From the human T2T-CHM13v2.0 reference genome, Homo sapiens: a DNA stretch of 64,000 nucleotides. Both the position numbers and the translations under genes were made by a program. The DNA is taken from the NCBI RefSeq assembly GCF_009914755.1, contig NC_060934.1; one strand, given 5' to 3'. Under the pieces are notes generated by a model, which was given only the letters and a program-made list of their open reading frames with translations, was not told the DNA's origin and ran no database searches. Of the stretch, positions 13,081 through 25,894 are shown piece by piece (the stretch's first letter is position 1; every line of letters begins with the position of its first letter).

Positions 13081-15027
13081 CAAAAAAGACAAAGTGGCTG
13101 AATGGATTTTTAAAAAACAGACCCAGTGTTCTGTTGCCTACTAAAAACACACTAACATACTTCACCTATAAAGACACACATAAACTGAAAAAAAAGAATG
13201 GAAAAAGACTTTCTAAGCAAGTGAAAACCAAAAAGAGGAAGAGTAGCTATACTTTTATCAGACAAAATAGAATTCAAGACAAAAATCATAAAAAGAGACA
13301 AAGAAGGTCATTGTATAATGATAAAAGGGTCAATTCTGCAAGAGGATATAACAATTGTAAATACATATCTACCCAACACCGGAGTACCCAGATATATAAA
13401 GAAAATGTTAGCGCTAAACAGAGAGATAAACCCCAATACAATGATAGCAGGAGACCTCAACACCCCACTTTCAGCATTGGACAGATCACCCAGAAAGAAA
13501 ACCAACAAAGAACTTAATCTGCACCATGGACCAAATTGACCTAACAGATATTTACAGAATATTTCATCCAATGGCTGGAGAACACAATCTTCTCAGCACA
13601 TGGATCATTCTCAAGGATAGACCATATATTAGGACACAAAACAAGTCTTAACACATTCAAAAAAACTGAAAGAATAAGTATCTTCTCTGACCACAATGGA
13701 ATAAAACAAGAAATGAATAACAAGCAAAATCTTGGAAACCACACAAACACACGGAAATTAAATAATACACTCCTGAATGACCAGTTGTCAATGAAGAAAT
13801 TAAGAAGCAAATCAAAAAATTTATCGAAACAAATGATAATGGAAACACAACATATCAAAACCTGTGGGATATAGTGAAAGCAGTAATAAGAGAGAAGTTT
13901 ATAGTTATAAGTGCCTACATAAAAAAAGTAGAAAGACATCAAGTAATCAACCTAACAATACATCTTAAAGAACTGGAAAATCAAGAGCAAACAGAACCTA
14001 AAATCAGTAGACAAATAATAAATATCAGAGCAGAAATAAATGAAATTGAAATGAAGAAAACCATGCAAAAGACCAACAAAATGAAATCTTGGTTTTCTGA
14101 AAACATAAACAAACTTGACAAACCTTTAGCCAAACTAAGGAAAAATAGAGAAGACCCAAATAAATAAAATCAGAGATGAAAAAGAAAGGCATTATAACTG
14201 ATACTGCAGAAACTCAAAGGATTATGAGAGGCTTAATATGCCACTAAATTGGAAAACCTAGAAGAAATGGATAAATTCTTAGACACATACAACTTACCAA
14301 GATTGAACCATAAAGAAATCCAAAATTTGAACATACCGATAACAAGTAATGAGATAGAAGCTGTAATAAAGAATCTCCCAGCAAAGAAAAGCCCAGGACC
14401 CAATGGCTTCACTGCTTCATTTCACAAAACATTTTTAAAAAAATCAATCCTACTAAAACTATTCTGAAAAATAGAATACTTCTAAACTCATTTTATGAGG
14501 ACAGTATTACCCTGATGCCAACACCAGATGAAAACGCATCCAAAAAATAAGAAAACTAGATAGGATGTAGAAGTCTCAGGGGGTTGAAAATTTAAAAAAA
14601 AGAAAGAAAGAAAGAAAAAAAAAGTACAGGCTAATATCCCTGATGAATATTGAAGCAAAAATCCTCAAAAAAATCTTGCAAACCAAATTCAACAACATAC
14701 TAAAAAGATCGTTCATCATGACCAAGTGGGATTTATCCCAGGTATGCAAGCATAGTTCAACATATGTAAATCAACCAATGTGATACATTATATTAGCAGA
14801 ATGAAGGACAAAACCCATATATCATTTCAGCTGATGCTGAAAAAGACATTTGATAAAATTCAGGATCCCTCAGCATGATAAAAACCCTCAAAAAACTGAG
14901 TGTAGAAGGAACATACCTAAATAATAAAAACAATATATGACAGACCCACAGCTAGTATGATACTGAATGGGGAACAAGTGAAAACCTTTTCTCTAAGATC
15001 TAGAACACGATAAGGATCCCCACTTTT

Positions 15028-15236
15028 CTTTTTTTGGGGTTGTCAAATCATTTTTTTTTTATACTTTAAGTTCTGGGATACATGTGAAAAACATGCAGTT
15101 TTGTTACATAGGTATACACGTGCCATGGTGGTTTGCTGCACCCTTCAACCTGTCACCTACATTAGTCTCCTAATGCTATCCCTCCCCTAGCCCCCCACCC
15201 TGACAGGCCCTGGTGTGTGATGTTCCCCTCCCTGTG
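15028..15236 (-). mobile_element. Antisense L1PA 3' end fragment inserted in the older L1 ORF2
   Basis: TATACTTTAAGTTCTGGGATACATGTG...GTTACATAGGTATACACGTGCCATGGTGG; 16-bp TSD AAGGATCCCCACTTTT at 15012-15027 and 15237-15252. Confidence 0.92.
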
Positions 15237-16172
15237 AAGGATCCCCACTTTTTGCCACTGTTATTCAACACAGTACTGGAAGTCCTAGCTAGAGCAATCA
15301 GACAAGAGAAAGATATAAGAGGCATTCAAATTGCAAAGAAGTCAAACTGTCCTTGTTTGCAGATGATATGAACTTACATTTGGAAAAACCTGAAAACTCC
15401 ACACGCAAAACAAAAAACTATCTGAACTGATAAACTCAGTAATGTTTCAACATACAAAATCAATATACAGAAATCAGTAGCATTTCTATATGCCAACAGA
15501 AAACAACCTGAAAAAGAAATCAAGTAATCCCATTTACAATAGCTACAAATAAAATTAAATACCTAGGAATTAACCAAAGAAGTGAAAGAAATTGAAGAGA
15601 ACACATACAAAAAAAGTTAAAATGTTTCATGTTCATGGATTGGAAGAATCAATATTGTTAAAATGTCCATATTAACCAAAGAAATCTACAGATTCAATGC
15701 AATCCATATCAAAACACCAATGACATTTCTCACAGTAATAGAGAAAACAATCCTAAAATTTGACAAATATTTATTGACTGTTTATCTTGTGCCAGTATAC
15801 CCACCAATAGCGAACCTCAGTAATCCAAACTTGAATACCATTCAATAATTGTTACCAATAAACTGTAACAACAGTCTTCCTTTGAAGAAGATCCTGATTC
15901 ACTGCCATTTTGGTTCATGGGTGTTATTAAACTGATGAATACTCTGCAATTATTAAAGAACAAAAACCATTTACCTGAAGGCATTAATTACACTCACACA
16001 CAAACCACTTGCTTACACAGCTTCTAAATTTGTAACCAGATGAAACACAGAAGCCCATTCATGGAATTTTTTATTCTGGAACACCTAAGAAAAGGCAAAA
16101 GTCATAGCTGAAAAGTTGCCTAAGTACAGCTGAGCAATAACGTGAGCAAAAGTCACTATAGAAAGATTTGGC

Positions 16173-16500
<328 letters not shown>

Positions 16501-16835
16501 TTACGATGCTCCACAAAAAAGTTAAAAATAAAATAAATGCCTACTCCAACTAATGTTGTGCCACTCACTAGTCTTTCCACACTAGGGTTATGTTGGAGGA
16601 TCTCCAGACAAGAGGTCAGTCCGGTGCACCTTCAGAGTTCAGGCTCTGCCACTTAGCAGTTGCTTCAAGCAGGCACTTACTCTCTATACCGTGGTTTTCT
16701 CTTCATAAAATGTGAAGGTTGTACTACATAATCTCTAAAATTCTGTATCAATCAGGGTCTCAGCAAGAAATAGATTGCACATTCCAATTAGGGTAGTTCA
16801 AGAAGACTATTTGCAGACCCATGGGCTGGAGGTAG

Positions 16836-18409
16836 TGTGTCCGGAATTGGTAGGCTCTTGGTCTCACTGACTTCAAGAATGAAGCCGCAGACCCTCGCCG
16901 TGAGTGTTACAGTTCTTAAAGGCAGCGTGTCCGGAGTTTGTTCCTTCTGATGTTCGGCTGTGTTCGGAGTTTCTTCCTTCTGGTGGGTTCATGGTCTCGC
17001 TGACTCAGGAGTGAAGCTGCAGACCTTGGCGGTGAGTGTTACAGCTCAAGCCGGCACATCTGGAGTTGTTTGTTCCTCCCGGTGGGTTCGTGGTCTCGGT
17101 GACTTCAGGAGTGAAGCTGCAAATCTTCGCTGTGAGTGTTACAGCTCATAAAAGCAGTGTGGACCCAAAAAGTGGGCAGTAGCAAGATCTATTGCAAAAA
17201 GCAAAACACATTGCTTCCAAACTGTGGAAAGGGACCCCAGCGGGTTGCCACTGCTGGCTCGCGCAGCCTGCTTTTATTCTCTTATCTGGCTCCACCCACA
17301 ACCTGCGGATTGGTCCATTTTACAGAGAGCCGATTGGTCTGTTTTACAGAGAGTTGATTGGTCCGTTTTGACAGGGTGCTGATTGGTGCGTTTACAATCC
17401 CTGAGCTAGACACAAAAGTTATCCACGTCCCCACTAGATTAGCTAGATACAGAGTGTCGACTGGTGTATTTACAAACCCTGAGCTAGGCACAGAGTGCTG
17501 ATTGGTGTATTTACAATCCCTTGAGTTAGATACAGAGTGTCGATTGGTGCATTCACAATCCCTTAGCTAGACATAAATGTTCTGCGAGTCCCCACCAGAT
17601 TAACTAGATACAGAGTGCCGATTGGCGCATTCACAAACCCTGAGCTAGACATAGGGTGCTGATTGGTGTGTTTACAAACCTTGAGCTAGATACAGAGTGT
17701 TGATTGGTGTATTTACAATCCCTTAGCTAGACATAAAGATTCTCCAAGTCCCCATCAGACTCAGGAGCCCAGCTGGCTTCACCCAGTGGATCTGGCACTG
17801 GGGCTGCAGGTGGAGCTGTCTGCAAGTCCCACGCCATGCGGGTGCACTCCTCAGCCCTTGGGTGGTGGATGGGACCAGGCGCCGTGGAGCAGGGGGTGGC
17901 ACTCGTCGGAGAGGCTCAGGCAGTGCAGGAGGCCACGGTGGGTGTAGGGGAGACCCAGGCATGGTGGGATGCAGGTCCCAAGCCCTGCCCCGAGGAGAGG
18001 CAGCTAAGGCCCGGCTAGAAATCTAGCACAGCGCAGGTGGGCCAGCACTGCTGGGGGACCCGGCACACCCTCTGCAGCTGCTGGCCCAGGTGCTAAGCCC
18101 CTCACTGCTTGGGGTGGCAGGGCCAGCCGGCTGCTCCGAGTGCGGGCCCGCCAAGCCCACGCCCACCCGGAACTCCAGCTGGCCCTCAAGCTCCATGCAC
18201 AGCCCCGGTTCCCGCTCGTGCCTCTCTCTCCACACCTTCCCACAAGCTGAGGGAGCTGGCTCCAGCCTCAGCCAGCCCAGAGAAGGGCTCCCACAGTGCA
18301 GCAGTGGGCTGAAGGGCTCCTCAAGCATGGCCAGAATGGGCACCGAGGCCAAGGAGGCACCGAGAGTGAGCGAGGGCTGTGAGAGCTGCCAGCACGCTGT
18401 CACCTCTCA
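16836..18409 (-). mobile_element. Solo LTR12C (HERV9), 1574 bp, same orientation as HTR7
   Basis: Minus strand begins TGAGAGGTGACAGCGTGCTGGCAG and ends CCAATTCCGGACACA; 4-bp TSD GTAG at 16832-16835 and 18410-18413; tandem CCAAT enhancer repeats. Confidence 0.95.
17300..17740 (-). promoter_or_regulatory. LTR12 U3 tandem repeat array with about nine intact CCAAT (NF-Y) boxes
   Basis: Repeated GATTGGTG...TTTACAA.CC.TGAGCTAGA.ACA units. The ERV9 TATA-like AATAAA is at 17278-17273 on the minus strand. Confidence 0.8.
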
Positions 18410-20085
18410 GTAGGAAAACCATAAGAGTTCAGCAACAGAACATTCGCCATCCCAGGCCCACAGGGAGGAGGGAAGAGGACAAAACATGGTCCAGAAGGAA
18501 GGAGTCACGCAGAAAAGGCCCTCTGAAAAAGACCAGTGACTTCCAGACAAGGGCACAGCCAGTGCAAGGTGGGCCTACAAGCAGGGAGTCCACTCTCCAC
18601 CTTCCCACTCCCTCTGATATCCTTCCCTGGACTCTCCACTGGCTGAACCCATTGAAGCCAAACAGCATGTCAGTTTCCCAGGGAAGAGGATGGGGTGGAG
18701 GAAGGTGGAGTAGACTTGGAGACATGAACTAGCACAGGTCCCTTCCAGTTTTAACATTCTCTGGTAGTTGTGAGGATAGCTCGACCTCAACTGACCTTGG
18801 GCATGCCAAGCCTGAAACTCCTAGGCCATTAGAAATGGATATGAACCAAAGTATACACCAAGGTCAGCCCCTACTCCACCACTGTAGAGAATATTCCAGA
18901 GTGTCGAGATCATGCCTCTAGGGGACCTTCCAAGCTCTAGATATGTTATTTGATTTTTATCTTTTTAAAAGAGGATACATGATTTACCATGAATAGACCA
19001 TATTTTACATTCCCTTCTCTGTGAAGCTTAAGAGTTAAGGCACCAGCTCTGAAAGCAGACCCATGCTGGTTTGATTCCAGGTTCTGACTCTAGGTAACCT
19101 GATTAAATTATCTAAGCCTTTCCTTATTTGTAAAAGGAGGGTAATAGAACGTACCGCATGGGGTTGTTGTAAAGATTAAAAGAGATATTCAGCATGTAAC
19201 ACAGGGCCTGACTAATAAATAGTAACATTTATTATTAATCTTACATTGAGGATTTATTTGACAAAAATTTCTTGGGGAGTTGTTAATGGCTTTTATCTGA
19301 GTTATCTTCCTTTTCCTTCATTTTGTCTCTGGGGGCCTCCTTCACATGACTTCCTGGGGTTCCCAAAATGCCAGTAATAATCATGGATTTTAGTGAAGAG
19401 ACACAGGAAATGATTTATCACCTTAGACAAGATGAAATTAATAGCTTTCATTGGGAAGATTGTTCATTTTGAAAATATGAAACTTACACATTGAAAATAA
19501 AATTAAATCTAAATGAAATAAAAATCAATCATCACATAATGCTATTTGAAAGATGTAATTTAGAAAAAGGAAACTTGGATTATTATCAAAAGGCTTTATT
19601 TTGGCTGGTGTCTTTTATGACTACATAATCCTATTTTGAAAAAACTTGGGGGCACTTTGCTGTTGTCTATCTATAGGTACACTAAGAAATTACAAGGATA
19701 GGTAAAAGGCACGCTTACTGCAAAAGAGAATGCGAAAACAGAAAATTTCAAGAATATAGCAAACATCAGGTTTTATATACCCAGCTGAGGAGTAGGAGGG
19801 AAATAAATAAAGGAGCTACTGGTGCACACACACATTCATGGAGTCCATCCACATTTCCAGAGCACATTCTTAGTCCCTGGCACTGGGCTAGGCCTTAGGT
19901 GTGCAAATCCTACTAGTCCTCCAAATAGTGCTCCTACCCTTGGAGTATCCAAAGTCTACTGGGGAGGCAGACTCATGAACAACCATCCAAAGAACATGAT
20001 GGAGATGAACATTGTGTTATAATCTGAATACATAAATATGGGAACATAAATTCGGGGGGGTGGGGGAAATCACTAAAGGCCTGCT

Positions 20086-20597
20086 ACATCAGTTAGCTTT
20101 TTCTGTATAACAAACTACTGCAAAACCTTGCGGCTTAAACCACAGCCTTTTATTCAGCTTGCTCTTCTGTGAGTCAGCTGGGCTGTTCCAGTCCAGGCAG
20201 GTTCAGATCATCTCAGTTGGGTTTTCTCTGTGTCTGTGGTCAGGTGATAGATCTGCTCATGTCTGGACAATCTATAATAACTTCATTCATTCACTTGACT
20301 GGCGACTGGCAGCCAAGGAAATAGAATGAGTAGGCCATGGGTCTCTCATTGTCCAATGAGGGCTTCTTCACATGGTAGCTAGCAGTCACAGGGTCCCCAA
20401 AAGAAGCAAAAGGCCAACTCCAATGAACCCCCCTTTTCACGTCTCTGCCTGTGTCATGTTTGCTAAGATCCCATTAGGTAAAGCAAGTTATAAGGCCAAT
20501 CCTAAATTCTGTGTAGGAAGGGGTGCAAAGTCACCCTTGAGAGGGGTGTGCATGTAGGAACAGGAAGAATTGGGGGCAGTTTTTACAGTCTATCACA
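20086..20597 (-). mobile_element. MLT1-type MaLR LTR
   Basis: TCAGTTAGCT...ATAACAAACTAC...GGCTTAAACCACAG start and CAGTCTATCACA end. Confidence 0.65.
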
Positions 20598-22184
20598 AGG
20601 CTGCATACAAGTGATATCTTGGGACAGGGAATGTTATCGTCTCCTAGGAATTTTCCAGGAAAAATTTGCTATTCCCTGGAAGAAGAATCAAGACAAGAAC
20701 CACTGTGGAAATGTAAAAATGCGTCTGACTCACCCAAGATGTAGTAATGTGTATGTTTTGGGAGGTTCTGGAGATAAGGTTAGAGTTCATCTTATGATTT
20801 CCCATTCTGTATAGGTATATTTGAAATCACTATAGCTATCATACTATTTCCAGTGTCTAGTCTTGCCTCTAGGGCTTGGAAAGTAACCCAATAAGCTAAA
20901 CCATCCCCATGCTGGAGATGTTCATATAATGAGCTATGCAGGTAAAATCCCATTGTACTGACCACCCTTACAGGAAGACCTTAATGACAGAACATCCTGG
21001 GAATGAAATTGGCAGTGTCCTCATAAATCACATAAAGCAGGGCTAAGCCTTCAAAGTCACAGAACAAATGGTCCTGGCAGCTATGATGAGGTCTCCACTT
21101 AGGGAAGAAAAAAACACAACCCACCAAGGCAGAACTGGGTCATCAGTGGTGCAGCTTCTATGTCTCTCTTTCATATTCCTCTGCCTACCTGTTTTATACC
21201 AAGACCTGATTAAACAGTCAACTATTGCTTGTTTTCTTGTTTCATTCATTCATTCACTCAACCACTAATCCACCAAACATTTATTGAGCACCTTCCACAT
21301 ACTAATAGGAGCTGGAAGAAAACACAGATAAATAAGATGCCCTGTCCCAAAGGACCTCAGCATTTGGTGTGCAAGGGACCCAGAAATATAAACAATTACA
21401 ATTCAGCATGATGAGAGTAGAGAAGGAAGCTCAGGGGACTAAGGGAGAGCTTGAGAGGGACACCTAACCCAGACCTCAGTGTCAGACACAGCTTTCCAAA
21501 GGCTGTGGCACTTTAGCTGAATCTCAAAGAATGTTTAGGAAATAGGCAGACAAGGGTAGAGCACTCCAAGCAGAGGAAACAACTTGTACTGGGGTATGGA
21601 AGCACAGGAGAACATATGACAGGAAGTACACAAGGAAAGGGCAAGAACAACTTGGATGCTATCTGAGGTGTGATGATGCACCCAAACCCTCCCCATTCGC
21701 TAAAACATTATATAAGACACAAATTACGTATCCTTCCCGACCGACCTACTGATCCCACCTCAGCGTGAATGAATTCAAGCCACTGACTTACCTTGAGCAG
21801 CATCTGAACTCGATTATTGGATACACTTTGGCCCCCATTGCTGACATCAATAAACACATAGGGTGCTTTGGAGGGCAGGATGGCATTCCCTGAAGCCTCA
21901 TCAAGCCCCAATACAGGTTTTTCCCAAAGGTAAACTTGATTTATTTATTGCTTTTAGGATGAAAACGGAGAGTCAGAAAGAACATCAGCAAGCCCTCCCA
22001 TTCAAATAACTCCTTAATCCCAGAAAGCTGCCCTAACTGACTGGTGGTATAACCTAAGTCCCTGGTACAGGTCAGTATCGAACAATATTACCAATAGTAT
22101 TAATAACAATGCTGCCTGTCAGTGGGTGTTTATATGAGTCAAGCCATTGACTAAACCCTTTGTGAATATATATTGTTAATTAAA

Positions 22185-22479
22185 ATTTTTTTAAAATTTG
22201 AGACAGGGTCTTGCTCTGTTGCTCACGCTGGAGTACAGTGGTATGACACACCTCACTGTAGCCTCGACCTCTGGGGCCCAAGCAATCCTTTCACCTCAGC
22301 CTCCTGAGTGGCTAGGACTTACAGGCGTGTACCACCACACCAGAATTTTTTTTTTTTTTTGTAGAGATGGTGTCTTGCTATATTGCCCAGGCCAGTCTTG
22401 AACTCCTGAGCTGGACTAATTCTCCCGCCTTGGCTTCCCAAAGTGCTGTGATCACAGGCATGAGCCACCATGTTCAGCT
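22185..22479 (-). mobile_element. AluJ
   Basis: Diverged antisense Alu dimer. Confidence 0.9.
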
Positions 22480-23034
22480 GTGAATGTAATCTCATTAAAT
22501 CCTCACATTAACTCTACAGTGATATTTCTATCATCATGAGGAATATGGTTTAGAGATAAGACATAACAACTTATGTAAGGTCATAGTTAGGGAGTCAGAG
22601 ACAAATTCAGAAGAACCTGTATCCTATCCCCTGTCTTCTACTACAACAGCTTTCTATGCCCTTAAACCTCAGTCCCAGGTCTTACCCAGTCCTGTGAGAA
22701 CCTTGGTCTAAACAGCTCCCATCTCTGGACTTTCCTGGCCCCAGCTTCCCTACTATACCCCTCAGTTCATTAGAGTCATTTATTCATTTAGAAATATTTT
22801 TGCATCCTGACTAGTTTGCACGGCCTGTAGAAGATTAATCAGACGTGGTCTTGAGCCTAAAGTGTTTCTACTCTAGTAGAATATTCATTAATTTATCCAT
22901 CCATTCATTCAACTAAAATGTGTTTAAGTATTTACCATGTGCCAAGAACTTTTTAAGTATTAGGAAGTTGAAGTGAATAAGGACCTCAAAGTTTTTGTGC
23001 ATCCTAGTGGAATATAAGACACTTACATAAACAA

Positions 23035-23354
23035 TGATATGGTTGAATGTGTTGCCTAAAAGTTCATGTGTTGGAAACTTAATCCCTCTGCCTTCATGAA
23101 TGGATTAATGTCACTACCATGGGAGTGGGCTCATTATCTCCAGAGTGGCTTTGTTATAAAGTGAACTCTCTCTCTAGCTCTCTGGCTCTTGCCCTCTCAA
23201 CATGCTATGATGCAGCAAGAAGGCTGTCACCAGATGTTGGCACTAAGCTCTTGAACTTCCCAGCTTCCAGAACACTGTGCTAAATAAAATTATTTTCTTC
23301 ATAAGCTACCCAATCTGTGGTATTCTGTTATAACAACAGAAAATGACTAACACA
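23035..23354 (+). mobile_element. MSTD/MLT1A-type LTR
   Basis: TGATATGGTTGAATGTG...AGTTCATGTGTTGGAAACTTAATCCC...GACTAACACA. Confidence 0.75.
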
Positions 23355-23419
23355 AACAATTATCATCAGACTACAGTGCGGCACATCTGGGCTGGAATCC
23401 AGGTCCTTTGACTTCCAGG

Positions 23420-24715
23420 TGAGTGCCTATCAGCAAAACTTCTTGGAAGAGTTGCTTCTAGCTGCCATCTCTCCTTTCCTCTCATCTTCTCTTTACCTGA
23501 CTCTTGCTGGCTTCCATCTGACTGCTTCACTAAAACTACTCAAGATCACCAATGACTTCAAGGTCACCAATTTGATTATATTCCATCTTTGTCAAAACAC
23601 TTTCCCCTTAATTTCCATGACAGGTGTTCCTCATATCGCACTGACTAACCATCCCTTTTTAAGCATTGCTGGGTCCTTCTCTTAACCTCCAAACATTTTG
23701 TCCCTCAAAGCTTGGTGTTTAAACCCCTTTTCCTATCTGCTCTCTCCCACACCATTGCCTGAAGTATCATTTACAATCACAACCAATTTTTTACCTCTAG
23801 TCCTGACTTCTCTCTGGAATTCTAGACTCATATTCAAATGTCTATTGATATAAAATTTATCAATCAAAATAGAACTCTTGATTTTTACCACCAATTCTAC
23901 TACCATCATGTCTTGGTAAACAGTATCACCATCTACTGAATTGCTTGAGCCAAAAGCACAAGAGTCATCCTTCATGCCTGTCTCCCTCAGCGCCTACATC
24001 CAGTCCATCAGCAAGGCCTGCCGATACACCTCCAAGACAGATCCGGAATTTCTCCAGTTGTCTCTGTCTCCACTACTCCAACCCAGTCCAAGCTACGATT
24101 ACCTCTTGCCTTGACTAACGTAGAAGCCTTCCCATTGGTCTCCAAGTTTTCATTCTCACCCTCCTCCATTTCATTCTCCACAAAGTAACCACAATGAACC
24201 ATTAAAATTAAAAGCCAGACCATTTCACCCTATGTTTCAAAGTCTCCAGTGGTTCTGCCGCACTTAGAATAAAGTCCAAACTCTTTACCTGGTCTGAATC
24301 CCAATATAATTTGCAACACTTCTCTAATCTCATCTCCTTCCAGGTTTTCCTTTTGTCTCTCTCCTCCAATCACACTGGCCCAGGGCCTTTCTGCCAGCTG
24401 CTGCCTTTGCCTAGAAAGTTCTTTTTCCTGATCTTCACACAGCTGGCTCCTTCATGTCATTTACATCTCAGTTACATGTCACCTCCTCAGAAAGGCCCTC
24501 CATGATCACCCACTCTTACACATTGCCCTATTTTAATTGTGCGTGATACTTATTACTAACAAATTAATGTGTGTGTGTGTGTTTTAACTTATCTGTTTCT
24601 TATCTACCTGTTTATTCTTACTAGAATATAAGATCCTAGAGAGCAAAGGTGTTATTTGCCTTGCTTATGATAAGGAAGACTAACCAACATAGATTAGGTA
24701 GTCAATAAATATTAA
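23420..24715 (+). mobile_element. L2 fragment (3' portion)
   Basis: CAAGATCACCAATGAC, TCCAGTCCATCAGCAAG, TAGAATAAAGTCCAAACTC and a terminal CAATAAATATT. Confidence 0.75.
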
Positions 24716-25832
24716 AAAAGCAAAAAGATAAATCCTGTATAACTCACATAATAAGAAAAGGCAATTTTATTATGCTAAGGAGTTGCTAATAAAGGGCTAT
24801 CACCTTTGTGGCCCAGAAAAGAAGCTCAATTAGTAGGGGCCTGTGGAACTCAGAAAACTATCAAATGAAAAATTGTAAGACAATCCTTTCATCAGTATGA
24901 AAGAATTTTCAAAGACTTCTACTGAAAATAGCAGAGACTTTTCAATCCAAACATACAGAATATACATTTCCCGGAATATAATTCTGAAATATTCAGGCAA
25001 CTGGACCAGATTGATTATGGATGGATTGGAGCATGCCTTTTAAGTCTCCCCATGTTTGACCATAAATATTGATAGCCCCTTTTTGGTAGATGGTTCTGCC
25101 TCATGTTCCAGATGAAAAAAAAACCATTTAAAAGGAAGAAAGCTATGTAGCTGCCTCTCTTTTAGAGAATGGAATATGTTATAAGCATGCCCAGAAAAAC
25201 AGAATACTCAGGGATTTGAATCAGAACAGAGGCCATGATGAAAGTGATAATACAAACTGGATAAATGGGTGAAATAAAGCTCCCCAAACAGATGCACTAG
25301 AGATAGTCCCCAATCCCAGATTTACTTTAACACGCAACATCAGAAGAGTGAGCACTTAGGTTTGATCTAGGAGCCATCATTTTGCAGGGGTCCTTAAGAA
25401 GTCTTCAGGCACAAAAAGGCTGTTGGAAAACAGACCAGAGAATACCAGGGTTTTTATTGACAGAAGTGCTAATAAAACAACACAATTGTTTGCAACCAGA
25501 AGCTAAATGACTCATATCTCTTTCAAGAAAGGTCCTATCACACAGGAATTGACTGTAAAGCAGTATCTATAACCTAACTTTCAAAAGCTCTAAATTTTCT
25601 GACATGAATGAAATAGTCTTAATTTACCCTCAACTAGATAACATGTTAAGGATGGGAATGTGTCTTTATCCACTTTTGTATCCTCATAGTTCTTAAATAT
25701 CTAGTAGGCAAGCAGTAACAGTTTGCTTATTAAATAAATCTCACCACCACCATCTTCTCTAACTTGGTTTGCATGCAATCATCTTTTCCTCTCTCCTCTC
25801 CATCTCTCCATCTGTCTGTCTCTCCATCTGTT

Positions 25833-25893
<61 letters not shown>
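25833..25893 (+). repeat. Compound microsatellite (TC)9(AC)21
   Basis: Counted directly from the sequence. Confidence 0.95.

Positions 25894-25894
<1 letters not shown>

Noticed and set aside
12852-15848. L1 ORF2 peptides as a functional reverse transcriptase
   Set aside because: Fragmented by stops, frameshifts and nested insertions, and the 3' end is missing.
17380-17740. Regularly spaced repeats that superficially resemble a CRISPR array
   Set aside because: They are the LTR12 U3 enhancer repeats. There are no unique spacers or cas genes, and the DNA is primate.
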